From positions 896,001-960,000 of the forward strand of contig CAVPZX010000002.1 of the NCBI GenBank assembly GCA_963710375.1: 64,000 bases of DNA. The letters are read 5' to 3'. This DNA is from Nitrospirota bacterium. Lineage in GTDB: Bacteria > Nitrospirota > Thermodesulfovibrionia > Thermodesulfovibrionales > Dissulfurispiraceae. The notes under the pieces are model-generated. The model did not search any database and was not told the DNA's origin. It was given only the letters and a program-made list of their open reading frames with translations. Below, piece after piece: positions 46,121 through 56,189 of the stretch (its first letter is position 1; the number at the start of each line of letters is the position of its first letter). The translations under genes were made by a program, and so were the position numbers.

Positions 46121-47038
46121 CTATTTACCCATCATGATATACGTTAAAAGAGAGAGCACTGCCAAAACAAAGGCCCCTCCGAGCAATGACGGCAGCTCAA
46201 AGAACCTCATTTTTGACCTCGTGGACTCTACAGTCGCCATCAAAACAGATATGCAAAACATTTTCAGAAAATAAAGAGCGGAGGATATCCCGAGACTTGA
46301 TATTCCCAGAGTATTCGAAATACCCATCGGGAAAAAAATGTCTGCGACAATGGTAAACAGAAGCATCTGTTTCATATAATGGGCCCATTCCATAAGCGCC
46401 AGATATCTTCCGGAATACTCAAGGACCATCCCTTCGTGGATCATTGTAAGTTCAAGGTGAGTATCCGGGTTATCGACAGGTATTCTCCCTGTTTCCGCGA
46501 TTATCGCTATCATAAACGCGGAGAGTGCAAGAATATGCGATGGCGTATAAGCGATGCTCTGCGCCTCTGCGATCCTTGCCATGTTCGTTGAGCCAGCCGA
46601 TATCGCAGCAGTGAATATACTGAGCATCATCATAGGCTCAACGAGAATTGCAACTGTCATCTCCCTGCTGCTGCCCTCTCCGCCAAAGGCGGTACCGGCA
46701 TCAAGTCCTGACAGCGCCATAAAAAACCTTCCCAACCCGAACAGGTAAATCAGCGCTATTACATCGCCCATCATAGCAAACCGGTAACTCGTCGTAATGA
46801 CCGGCACAATCATGGCAGCAGCAGCAGTCGATGCGAATACTATGTATGGGGTCGCCTTGAATATCCATGATGTAATGCCGGAAACAACCATATCTTTATG
46901 AAAAAGCCTCAAGAGGTCATAATATGGCTGAAAAACACCCGGACCCACCCGGCCCTGCATGTTCGCCTTGAGTTTCTTGATGACTCCCTGAATCAACGGG
47001 GAAAATAGAATGATTATTATGAATTGCATATATTCCAT
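46121..47038 (-). CDS. hyfC: NuoH/HyfC-like membrane subunit
   Basis: QGR.GP...QPYYDL.RL, G.G.SRE, ETGRIPVDNP.THLELTMIHE and EYSG. Confidence 0.92.
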   Translation of the reverse strand: MEYMQFIIIILFSPLIQGVIKKLKANMQGRVGPGVFQPYYDLLRLFHKDMVVSGITSWIFKATPYIVFASTAAAAMIVPVITTSYRFAMMGDVIALIYLFGLGRFFMALSGLDAGTAFGGEGSSREMTVAILVEPMMMLSIFTAAISAGSTNMARIAEAQSIAYTPSHILALSAFMIAIIAETGRIPVDNPDTHLELTMIHEGMVLEYSGRYLALMEWAHYMKQMLLFTIVADIFFPMGISNTLGISSLGISSALYFLKMFCISVLMATVESTRSKMRFFELPSLLGGAFVLAVLSLLTYIMMGK

Positions 47039-47039
47039 G

Positions 47040-49031
47040 TCAGTGTCCGAATATGAGAAGAAGAATTAAAGTAATCAATATATACAGGAGATAGAGATGG
47101 AGACTGCCCGACTGCAGAAGTCTCACCTTTCCAGCGACTTTGAAAATGGAGCCCGTAACCGGCTCGTAAATATATTTTTCAAAAAACGGCGTTATCTCCC
47201 CTGTATATTTTATGGCCTTTACAAAAAACGGTTTCACACTATAAGAGATCCTGAGCTCTCTCCTTGGAAGGTATATCCTCTTGAATATCAGCCTTATCGG
47301 CTTTGTGAAGGCTGCTGCCGTATACTGCATCCTTGGAGTCAGAGAAGGGATTCCGCAGTCCCACGAATCGCCATATATTGTTTTTCTTTTGCCGCCGGCA
47401 GTCAGGACAAAAAGAACTGAAGCAGCGAACATGACAAGTACCGTGATGAGTATCGATACTGGTGACAAGCTGGCCAGGGTATCATTGATATATAGGAACC
47501 AGTTTCCTGTCACAATTCCCTGTGATCCTGTAAGCTGAAACGCAGATGAAGAAATCATGTTTATCGCCGCATTTGGGAATATTCCGAAGACCAGGCAAAG
47601 CAATGCAAGCATGCTCATGCCGATTATCATGGATAGCGGTGCTTCTTTGGCGTTCTCTGCATGCCGGCTCCGCGGCCTCCCGAGAAAGCTTATGCCGAAG
47701 GCCTTCACAAAGCACGCGGCAGCGAGCGCGCCTGTAAGTGCTAGCGCCGCGCCGCCCATGGGTGAAATAATTTTCGCTGTCATGTACGTTGATTTAAACC
47801 CGAGTATCAGTGACTGGTAGGTGAGCCACTCGCTTATAAACCCGTTGAATGGAGGAAATGCACATATTGAAACCGACCCTACAAGAAAAGTTATCGCAGT
47901 AAAAGGCATCGTCTTGATCAGACCACCCAGGTCTTCCATATTTTTTGTATGCGCAGCATGCATTACAGACCCTGCGCCGAGAAAAAGCAGGCCTTTGAAC
48001 ACGGCGTGATTCAATACATGGTAAAGTCCGGCTATAAGAGCTATGGACGCCAGGCTGTATAGGCCGTTACTCCTGAACATCATTGATGCCCCTAGACCGA
48101 GCAGGATAATTCCGATATTTTCAACGCTGTGATAGGCCAGGAGCCTTTTCATGTCGTGCTCCATGAGCGCGTATAATACTCCCAGTATCGAAGAGACCGC
48201 CCCAATAATAATAATGGTGATTCCCCACCAGCCCGGGCCCTGTCCCATGACGTCCATGCTTACCCTGACAAAACCGTAGATTCCTGTCTTTATCATTACC
48301 CCGGACATGAGCGCAGAGATATTCGACGGCGCCGCAGGATGTGCCTTCGGAAGCCAGGCGTGCAGGGGTACAATGCCGGCTTTCATGCCGAATCCGATTA
48401 TTGAAAAAATAAAGACGGTTGATTTAATATCGACGGATAATTTCGTGGCAAGGGTCTTTATCGATGAGAAATCCATCTGCCCGGTATTTTTGTAAAGCAC
48501 TAAAAAAAGCGCTATTATGAACGCGGTCCCTATATGGGTCATAACAGCATATATCAGTCCGGCCCTGGCTGATTTTTCGTCCCTGTCAAATGTTACGAGG
48601 AAATATGAAACAACGGACATGGTCTCCCATGATATGAGGAATGTAATAATGTTGCCGGACAGAACTACCGCGTACATGCTCAAAATAAAGAGATTGTAAA
48701 GAAACCCCATCGACCCTTTATTGGCAGAGTTTTTTATGTAGCCAATGGAATATATCGATACAGGCAAGACCAAAATAGATATTACGGTGACAAAAAAACC
48801 TGAAAGTGGGTCTCCGCGAAAGACAAACTCAAGGGCGGACGATATCGGCACCGAAGCTATATTCATCCCCGCGCCGGAACAAAGATATAAACCCGAAATG
48901 ATAAGGTTCAGGGCGCCTATGGCCGGTAGGACAAAAAAATATTCTTTTGCTCTTCGCGGGATTATTAAGGAACCGACTGCGCCAAAAAGAAAAAAGAGTA
49001 TCCCTGTATTTAAAAAATATTCCGCATCCAT
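47040..49031 (-). CDS. hyfB: Antiporter-like membrane subunit HyfB
   Basis: WE.MS, KAG..PLH.WLP.AHPAAPS..SALMSG, KRLLAYHSVENIG and WDCG....RMQYT. Confidence 0.92.
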   Translation of the reverse strand: MDAEYFLNTGILFFLFGAVGSLIIPRRAKEYFFVLPAIGALNLIISGLYLCSGAGMNIASVPISSALEFVFRGDPLSGFFVTVISILVLPVSIYSIGYIKNSANKGSMGFLYNLFILSMYAVVLSGNIITFLISWETMSVVSYFLVTFDRDEKSARAGLIYAVMTHIGTAFIIALFLVLYKNTGQMDFSSIKTLATKLSVDIKSTVFIFSIIGFGMKAGIVPLHAWLPKAHPAAPSNISALMSGVMIKTGIYGFVRVSMDVMGQGPGWWGITIIIIGAVSSILGVLYALMEHDMKRLLAYHSVENIGIILLGLGASMMFRSNGLYSLASIALIAGLYHVLNHAVFKGLLFLGAGSVMHAAHTKNMEDLGGLIKTMPFTAITFLVGSVSICAFPPFNGFISEWLTYQSLILGFKSTYMTAKIISPMGGAALALTGALAAACFVKAFGISFLGRPRSRHAENAKEAPLSMIIGMSMLALLCLVFGIFPNAAINMISSSAFQLTGSQGIVTGNWFLYINDTLASLSPVSILITVLVMFAASVLFVLTAGGKRKTIYGDSWDCGIPSLTPRMQYTAAAFTKPIRLIFKRIYLPRRELRISYSVKPFFVKAIKYTGEITPFFEKYIYEPVTGSIFKVAGKVRLLQSGSLHLYLLYILITLILLLIFGH

Positions 49032-49103
49032 TTTTAAAATCTGTTTATTTTACCACATTGGCCTCTAAAAGACTTTTGATCGCATCTTAGGGCTCGCGAG
49101 CCC

Positions 49104-50492
49104 TTAATCTTTTGCAAAAAGCGGTTCTGCATGGATAATGACCTGGCCGGCATTTGGGACAGTCTTATATATTACACCCTCGAGCTTGCTGGTTATAGAA
49201 TGCACATCCTCTAATAAGACACCGTCATCAAAAGAGCAATGCAGTGTTATAAACAATTTCTCTTTTTCCGTTTTCCTTATCTGGATATTATGCACTTCAT
49301 GAATACGGTCAATAGTACCTGCGGCACAGACAATGATCTTTCTGACCTCTGTCTCTTCGTCAGGTGACACAGCCTGACTTTTTCTTTCCTCTGAACGTAA
49401 AGGATCAATATGGACGCTGATGTCCAGGTTACCATCAAACTCTCTTCTGATGTCCTGTTCAAGAGTAGAGACAACTTCATGGGCCTCTTTGATGGTAAGA
49501 TTATGCTCCACTTCGACATCAAAGCTGATATATTTCTTGTCTTTCGCAATATTTGAAGAAATATTATGGATATACAGATTATGGTTGACGCCAATCAGAT
49601 GTACCCTTTCAGCGATCGTTTCACAGTCAAGGGCGATGGGTTTTGTATTTATTGTTATGTCTGCCACAGGGAGTAATTCGCGGACCTTTTGTTCGATAGT
49701 ACTGCAGATTGATTGAACGTTCTCCAGTGATAGTGTTCTGCTCACATCGAGCGACATCTCTACAAATGCAAAAGGACCGGCCGGTTTAACCCTGATTTTT
49801 TCTATCTTGATTACACCGTCAACCGCCCTGGTTATAACGGCGATCCGGTCCGTAAGCCCTTCAGGTGCAGCATCTATCAATACATCCACTGTCTTCTTGC
49901 CAAGACATAACGCTGCATAGGCAATCAACAGAGCGACCGCGATTCCGGCTACTGCATCGGCCCGGACTATGCCTGCCGCAACAAACAATAGACCAGCCAG
50001 CACCACAGCAGAACTGAGGATGTCCGACCTGAAATGAAGGGCATCCGCCTCCAGTGCCTGGCTCCTTGTTTCGATTGCGACCTTTTTCAGCATCCTCGCT
50101 CTCGAAAAATCCACAACCATAGAAATAACAAGGACAAGCAAAGAATACCATGCCACTCTCACATCCGATGTTTGGGGCATCAACAACCTATGGACAGCCG
50201 CGTAGATAATCCATACACTGGTGAGGAGCAAGATGCCGGTTTCGATCAACGCAACGACGCTTTCTACTTTGGTATGTCCATACTGATGTTCCCTGTCAGC
50301 AGGCTTGTCACCTACCTTCACGGCAAAGTAGGTCAGTGAGACCGCTCCGAAGTCAAGGCCTGAGTGCGCTGCTTCCGAGATAATACCGATACTGCCGGTG
50401 ACAATACCTACAACCAGTTTCATGGCAGCCAGCAGGAAGCTTGCGATTACAGAGCTCAGGGCAACGTTTTCTTTCCTGTGATTAAACCCCAT
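49104..50492 (-). CDS. Cation diffusion facilitator with extended multi-repeat C-terminal domains
   Basis: SEAAHS..D, PAD..H.YGH.K.E and ADALH..SD; three successive ZT_dimer-like segments ending INTKP, VHIDP and IHAEP. Confidence 0.9.
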   Translation of the reverse strand: MGFNHRKENVALSSVIASFLLAAMKLVVGIVTGSIGIISEAAHSGLDFGAVSLTYFAVKVGDKPADREHQYGHTKVESVVALIETGILLLTSVWIIYAAVHRLLMPQTSDVRVAWYSLLVLVISMVVDFSRARMLKKVAIETRSQALEADALHFRSDILSSAVVLAGLLFVAAGIVRADAVAGIAVALLIAYAALCLGKKTVDVLIDAAPEGLTDRIAVITRAVDGVIKIEKIRVKPAGPFAFVEMSLDVSRTLSLENVQSICSTIEQKVRELLPVADITINTKPIALDCETIAERVHLIGVNHNLYIHNISSNIAKDKKYISFDVEVEHNLTIKEAHEVVSTLEQDIRREFDGNLDISVHIDPLRSEERKSQAVSPDEETEVRKIIVCAAGTIDRIHEVHNIQIRKTEKEKLFITLHCSFDDGVLLEDVHSITSKLEGVIYKTVPNAGQVIIHAEPLFAKD

Positions 50493-50521
50493 CAGTTCAA
50501 TTATCCCATATTTTATATAAA

Positions 50522-50597
50522 TGTCTGCTCAAATATTTTGCATTAAGTCAGAATGTCATTTTGCGGCGCATATGCCGAAATATTTTTTGAGCAGACA
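50522..50597. repeat. Inverted repeat upstream of the CDF gene
   Basis: TGTCTGCTCAAA (50522-50533) ... TTTGAGCAGACA (50586-50597). Confidence 0.7.
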
Positions 50598-50696
50598 GGC
50601 AGTCCTCTCTTGCTCTTTAAATAAAATTTTGATAAAGTTTAGCAAATAACTCAGGGATACCCTGCGAAACTTCACTATCAAATATGGAGGAGCTTT

Positions 50697-50875
50697 ATGA
50701 AAATTGAGTGGAAGGGACTTTGATCAAATTTACACCGGAGAACGAAAGGGAAAAAAAAGAACTCAATCAGTTGTGGGTAATCGTGATCGGCTGTATGGAC
50801 CAAGGCAAGAAACTGGTGCCGGTCGGAGAGTATCTTCCGGGCATAAAGGAAGTGGCAACCTTTAATATGGAATAG
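50697..50875 (+). pseudogene. Small ~59-aa protein gene with a 1-nt deletion after codon 4
   Basis: SD GGAGG, then MKIE[x]EGTLIKFTPENEREKKELNQLWVIVIGCMDQGKKLVPVGEYLPGIKEVATFNME*; the span is 179 nt (180 minus 1). Confidence 0.6.
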
Positions 50876-51137
50876 ATCTGACCCCGTCTTCTCGCAAGGC
50901 ATCCCACTGCTACCCCAGAGCCTTGCTCCGAGGCTATGACAGCCTGTGTCACCATCCTTGGTGTCACCTAGGCTGTCAAAGTCCGACCGTCACCATGTCC
51001 CGCCTGCTCCTGGTATAAATTTATGAATAATATGGGCTGAACGGTAATCAAATTGCAAATGCTGTTGAATTGTGTTATGGATTTTGCTACAGTTAAGTTA
51101 ATTCCGTGATAAATCATAGCAGCATGGAGGCAGGAAC

Positions 51138-52355
51138 ATGAAAAGACTTCTTTTGTCGGTAGCTCTGGTGGTTTTTTTGGCAGTTCAGGCATTTGCAGGA
51201 GACACGATTAAGATAGCCATTACAGGCCCTTTTAGCGGAGGTTCAGCGCCGATGGGAGTATCCATGCGTGACGGCGCCAAACTGGCCATAGCTGAGATAA
51301 ATGCCGGCGGCGGAGTTCAGGTAGGCAACCTGAAGATGAAGTTCCAGGTCATTGAACGGGACGACGAGGCCAGAAATGAGCGCGGCGCCCTGATCGCCGA
51401 GGAACTCGCTTCCATGGGCGACCTTTCCGGCGTTATCGGCACCGTGAATACAGGCGTTTGCATGGCAGGCGACAGGTATTTGCAGGAAAGGGGTATCACC
51501 AAAATCATCACCCCTGCCGCCGGTTCAGCCTCCATGACGCAGTGGAGCAAGGCCGGTGTGAAGGACCTGTCCATATTCCGCTTCGCCGCTGATGACGGCA
51601 TTCAGTCAGCAATGGTGGTGGAAGAGGCTATAAACAGGAAATTCACGAAGGTGGCGATTCTAAATGATTCTACAAACTACGGCGTCTCGGGACACCAAGA
51701 CCTGTTGTCACAGATCAGGGCGCAGGGAAACAAACTCCGGGTTGTTGCGAGTGATACATTTAACATCGGCGACAAGGACATGACCGCCCAGCTTTTACGG
51801 GCCCGGGCAGCCGGCGCGCAGGCTATCCTCATATGGGGTATTGGTCCTGAACTGGCGGCAGTTGCAAATGGCATGGCAGTCCTTGGGATGAAGGAACCTC
51901 TGATAGGAGGGTGGCCGCTTTCGATGTCCAACTTCATCGACAACGCCGGCAAGAACGGAAACGGCACCTTGATGCCCCAGACTTTTATCGAAGATCCTGT
52001 TACGCCGCGCGCCAGGAAATTTATTGAGGCATATCACAAGGCATACAATGTGACCCGGATGCCTTCCCCTGTTTCGGCAGCGCAAGGCTATGACGCGGTC
52101 TATATCTTTGCGGCAGCGGTCAAGCAGGCCAGGAGCACCGACACTCACAAGATCAAGGAAGCCCTGGAAGACCTCCGCGCTACTGTTCCGGGCGTGATAG
52201 CAGTCTGGAAAAAGCCTTACAGCAAGTGGGACCCTGCCAACGAGAACACTCACGAGGCTTTCCGGCGCGCCCAGGTCGTAATGGGGATGGTTGAAGACGG
52301 TCGTGTTGTCTTTGCAAACAATGCCGACAGGCAGAGGCTTATGAAGAGCAAGTAA
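51138..52355 (+). CDS. livK: HAAT/branched-chain amino acid-type ABC substrate-binding protein
   Basis: Signal peptide; IA..GP.SG, A..EINA.GG, D.T.YG and AAQGYDA. Confidence 0.85.
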   Translation: MKRLLLSVALVVFLAVQAFAGDTIKIAITGPFSGGSAPMGVSMRDGAKLAIAEINAGGGVQVGNLKMKFQVIERDDEARNERGALIAEELASMGDLSGVIGTVNTGVCMAGDRYLQERGITKIITPAAGSASMTQWSKAGVKDLSIFRFAADDGIQSAMVVEEAINRKFTKVAILNDSTNYGVSGHQDLLSQIRAQGNKLRVVASDTFNIGDKDMTAQLLRARAAGAQAILIWGIGPELAAVANGMAVLGMKEPLIGGWPLSMSNFIDNAGKNGNGTLMPQTFIEDPVTPRARKFIEAYHKAYNVTRMPSPVSAAQGYDAVYIFAAAVKQARSTDTHKIKEALEDLRATVPGVIAVWKKPYSKWDPANENTHEAFRRAQVVMGMVEDGRVVFANNADRQRLMKSK

Positions 52356-52394
52356 GATGCAGAGGGCTATTGCCAATAATATTTGCAGGCTGAC

Positions 52395-53273
52395 ATGACG
52401 GCTTCTGTTGTCCCCCAGTTGGTTGTCAGCGGTGCCTTTATGGGCCTTGTCTATGCTCTTGTGGCATATGGATTCCAGCTCACATATGCCACAAGCAAGA
52501 GCATCAACTTCGGTCAGGGTGAACTGGTGATGGTTTCCTCATTCTGTACCCTTACTCTTGCGAATCTGGGGCTTCCATACTGGCTCGTGGTTATCGGGGG
52601 TTTGCTGTTCGGTGCGCTCCTGGGACTGTTCGTGGAACGGGCTGCAGTCCGCCTTGCTCTGGAGCAAAAAAACGAGGGCTGGATTCTTCTGACTATAATT
52701 CTGGGGTTGTTCTTTTTCTCAGCCGCAGAGAATATCTGGGGACGCGACGACCGTCCGTTCCCGACCCCGATACCTTCTGATGCTATACAGGTTTTCGGAA
52801 TCAGCGTCACACCGCTCGAGATATCCGTTGCAGTCGGCGTTATTGCGATAATGGGGCTAATCGAGACGTTCAAGCGCAGGACCCTTTTAGGCAAAGCCTT
52901 TGAGGCTGTCTCTGTCAACCGGGATGCTGCAGAGCTTATGGGAGTTTCTTCAACGCGGACTGTGATGCTGTCTTACGGCCTGTCCGGCCTTTCCGCTGCT
53001 GTGGCAGGCATTCTGGTTTCTCCTATAACTACGGTGGGGCCGACGATGGCTTCTGTTCTGGTGCTCAAGGCATTCTCTGTCGCAGTCGTTGCCGGACTTG
53101 ATTCCGGATTCGGCGTGGTTCTGGTCGGTCTTGTTCTGGGCTCACTCGAAAGCCTGACAAGCTTCTATATAGGAAGCGGCTGGCGCGAAGCACCGGGTCT
53201 CGTTCTTTTGATTCTTGCACTTGCTGTTCGTCCTGCAGGCGTTTTTGGCAAAGTCGCGATACGGAAGGTATGA
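52395..53273 (+). CDS. livH: ABC permease (LivH type)
   Basis: YALVA.G..L......INFGQGE and G.A..AV..N..AA.LMGV; start uncertain. Confidence 0.88.
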   Translation: MTASVVPQLVVSGAFMGLVYALVAYGFQLTYATSKSINFGQGELVMVSSFCTLTLANLGLPYWLVVIGGLLFGALLGLFVERAAVRLALEQKNEGWILLTIILGLFFFSAAENIWGRDDRPFPTPIPSDAIQVFGISVTPLEISVAVGVIAIMGLIETFKRRTLLGKAFEAVSVNRDAAELMGVSSTRTVMLSYGLSGLSAAVAGILVSPITTVGPTMASVLVLKAFSVAVVAGLDSGFGVVLVGLVLGSLESLTSFYIGSGWREAPGLVLLILALAVRPAGVFGKVAIRKV

Positions 53274-55222
53274 TGGTTAAGAGACTTTTTTTTATTCACG
53301 GTGCAGAGTTGGTGGTTTTTGTTCTGCTTGCATCAATTCCTCTGGCTGTAAAAAACCCCTTTGTCCTTGCTCTGCTTACGCTGCTCGCCATTTACGGAAT
53401 TTTGCTGATCGGGCTGGATGTAACCGTCGGTTATCTGGGACAGGTCAATCTCGCCCAGGCAGCCTTTCTCGGTCTTGGGGCTTACACTGCAGGCCTGGCC
53501 GTGAACCATTTTGGCATAGGCATGGAGAGCGCGCTGTTCGCAAGCCTGCTGGTTGGCCTTGTCTTTGGAACGCTTCTTGCTTTTCCCGCCCTCCGCCTGG
53601 AGGGCCCCCAGTTTGCCCTGGCCACGCTAAGTTTTTCCGCTCTGTCGTCAACCACACTCAATGAATGGGAATCCCTCACTAACGGGGCACAGGGACTCCA
53701 GATCACGCGACCGGCCCTGTTTGGTCTGCACCTGGAGGCACAAGGGTTTTTCTGGTTCTGTCTTATCCTCCTTGCAATTGTCTGGATGGCGATGCGCAAT
53801 CTTCTCACCTCCCAATGGGGAAGGACATTCGAGGCATTGCGGGACAGTCCTCTAGCCACTGACGCAATGGGGGTGGGTACTTATCGTCACAAAATAGCTG
53901 CGTTTGCGCTCGGTTCAGCTCTCGGAGGCCTTGCCGGCGGGCTTTATGCTTTCAACTTTCAATATCTTCAACCTCAGATTTTCGTATGGGACCTGATGGT
54001 GATCCTGCTTCTGGGCGTAGTGCTGGGAGGCAGGAAGAACCTATGGGGCGCTTTTGTAGGTGCTGCCTTAATCGTGCTTCTGCCCAACCTTCTCTCTAAC
54101 AGGCTTATGTTCCGGATAATCTCTTTTGCCGGTCTGCTTATGGCTGTTGTCGCAGGCGGACGAGGTTATATCCGGAAAAGCACCAAGCCGTTCCAGGCGC
54201 TTGCGCCTGTCATCGCCATGAGTCTGCTGGTAGTTGCAGCGATTTTTGTCAGAGATATCGAAGATATACGGAGAGCTATCTTCGCCTTGATACTGTTTTC
54301 GGTGGTTGTGGGACTTCCAGAGGGACTAATGGGCTTTGCCGCCAGTTTCTTTTCAAAAATCCTTCGCATCGCTCCTGCTCCTCTGTCCGATGCAGCTCCT
54401 ATTGACTTGGTGCTCGAAAAAAAGCACCCTGATGGCAGTCCCCTCCTCGAGATAACGGATCTTAGACGATATTTCGGCGGTGTTAGGGCTCTTGATGGAG
54501 TTTCCCTGGTAGTGCGCTCAGGCCAGATTCATGGCCTCATCGGTCCCAACGGCTCTGGCAAGAGTACGCTTGTGAATGTTATTTCCGGGCTTTACGCTCC
54601 GAGCGGAGGGACCATGCTGCTCAGGGGAAGACGACTACCGGAAGGCAGCCTGTACAAAGCCGCCAGAATGGGAATTTCGAGGACATTTCAGAACCTGCAG
54701 ATATTTTCGGAACTTACTGCTATGGACAACGTCATGGTGGCTATGAAGGGCGTATACGATAAGTCGCTGCTGATGGTGCTTCTGGGTCTCGCTCGCGGAG
54801 AGGAACGTTGCGCCCAGTCAGGAGCTCTTGCATTGCTCGAAATGGTCGGTCTGCTTGACAAGGCACGTACGCCGGCCAAGGATCTTCCATATGGGGCTCA
54901 GCGATTCCTGGAGATAGCCCGCGCCCTTGCCTGCCGTCCGGACCTTTTGATCCTGGATGAACCTGCCGCAGGCCTTGCTAATCCCGATGTTAAGAAACTG
55001 GTGGAGATAATACGCAATATACACAGGCTGGGCATCTCAACTATTCTTATTGAGCATCACATGGAAGTGGTGAGCGGGCTTTGTGACGTGATTACAGTGC
55101 TTGACGGGGGGCTTGTCATAGCGAAAGGCAAACCGGAAGATGTGAAACGTAATCCCGCAGTTATAGCAGCCTATCTTGGGAGTGAGTGCGTGAATTGGCA
55201 GTCTCTGGACCCGATATGCTGA
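53270..55222 (+). CDS. LivM permease-LivG ATPase fusion
   Basis: N-terminal GY.GQV.L.QA.F.G.GAY permease; C-terminal GPNGSGKST, RTFQN, LDEPAAG and IEH. Confidence 0.9.
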   Translation: MMVKRLFFIHGAELVVFVLLASIPLAVKNPFVLALLTLLAIYGILLIGLDVTVGYLGQVNLAQAAFLGLGAYTAGLAVNHFGIGMESALFASLLVGLVFGTLLAFPALRLEGPQFALATLSFSALSSTTLNEWESLTNGAQGLQITRPALFGLHLEAQGFFWFCLILLAIVWMAMRNLLTSQWGRTFEALRDSPLATDAMGVGTYRHKIAAFALGSALGGLAGGLYAFNFQYLQPQIFVWDLMVILLLGVVLGGRKNLWGAFVGAALIVLLPNLLSNRLMFRIISFAGLLMAVVAGGRGYIRKSTKPFQALAPVIAMSLLVVAAIFVRDIEDIRRAIFALILFSVVVGLPEGLMGFAASFFSKILRIAPAPLSDAAPIDLVLEKKHPDGSPLLEITDLRRYFGGVRALDGVSLVVRSGQIHGLIGPNGSGKSTLVNVISGLYAPSGGTMLLRGRRLPEGSLYKAARMGISRTFQNLQIFSELTAMDNVMVAMKGVYDKSLLMVLLGLARGEERCAQSGALALLEMVGLLDKARTPAKDLPYGAQRFLEIARALACRPDLLILDEPAAGLANPDVKKLVEIIRNIHRLGISTILIEHHMEVVSGLCDVITVLDGGLVIAKGKPEDVKRNPAVIAAYLGSECVNWQSLDPIC

Positions 55223-55270
55223 GAGATAACCGTTAATGGAAAGTAATGTACAGGACGGTGATAACCGCCT

Positions 55271-55987
55271 ATGCTGACTGTAGAAAATCTTTATGCGGGA
55301 TACAGCGCAAGTGAGGTGCTTGCGGGTGTATCGCTTGAGGTGAAGACAGGAGCGCTGGTCGCTTTAATCGGTCCGAACGGAGCGGGCAAGACCACAACCA
55401 TGCGCGCCATCTCCGGGATTGTCAGGCCGACCAGGGGACTAGTGCTGTTGGACGACATGCCTGTTCAGGATATGGATGCGTCACACATTGCCAGACTCGG
55501 GCTGGCCCACGTGCCTGAAGGACGGCAGGTATTCGGGACACTTTCTGTTGAGGATAACCTGCTGCTGGGAGGATATCGCCGGCTGCCGCATTTTTTTGGG
55601 TTCCACAAAAAGGCGGCCCGAGACCTGGACAGGGTGTATGATATGTTTCCCCGGCTGAGTGAGCGGCGCCGCCAGGCATCTGGAACCCTTTCCGGAGGAG
55701 AACAGCAGATGCTTGCCATCGGGCGTGCCCTGATGGCTGATCCCAAGGTGATCTTAATGGATGAGCCCTCTATGGGGCTTGCTCCTGTTGTTGCTGATGA
55801 GGTGCTGGCAACAATCACTCGTCTGAAGAAGACAGGAATGCCATTGCTGCTGGTCGAGCAAATGGTCAAAAAGGCGATGGACGTGGCGGACTATGTATAT
55901 CTTATGGAGCGGGGAAGGATTGTTATCCAGGGAACACCGGATGAACTGCGGAAGGACGAGCGCGTGATAGCCGCATACCTCGGATGA
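55271..55987 (+). CDS. livF: ABC ATPase (LivF type)
   Basis: GPNGAGKTT, VPEGR, LSGGEQQML and DEPSMGLAP. Confidence 0.93.
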   Translation: MLTVENLYAGYSASEVLAGVSLEVKTGALVALIGPNGAGKTTTMRAISGIVRPTRGLVLLDDMPVQDMDASHIARLGLAHVPEGRQVFGTLSVEDNLLLGGYRRLPHFFGFHKKAARDLDRVYDMFPRLSERRRQASGTLSGGEQQMLAIGRALMADPKVILMDEPSMGLAPVVADEVLATITRLKKTGMPLLLVEQMVKKAMDVADYVYLMERGRIVIQGTPDELRKDERVIAAYLG

Positions 55988-56189
55988 CAGAAACCTGAAC
56001 GCCGATACCGTACGTGTCATGACACAAGATTGTTTCACTATCCAGGTGTTTCATGACACAATTCTCCAGATGGTCAAAGATTTATTGTCATATCCCTCTT
56101 CCGTCATAACTTGTTTTAATTATTAGATAAATTAAAACACTCAACAATGTTAATTTCTCTGGCATTATTTTTGATATTCATTTAATGCG

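Noticed and set aside
41905..49031. Group 4 [NiFe] hydrogenase / formate hydrogenlyase
   Set aside because: The large subunit lacks both Ni-binding CxxC motifs and no hyp or fdh genes are nearby, so it is called Ehr instead.
49032..50700. Fluoride or NiCo riboswitch upstream of the Ehr/CDF genes
   Set aside because: I found no GGnGATGG...GCTnATGAC fluoride pattern. The GAGCAG match is only one arm of an inverted repeat and lacks the other NiCo conserved blocks. An Rfam cmscan would settle it.
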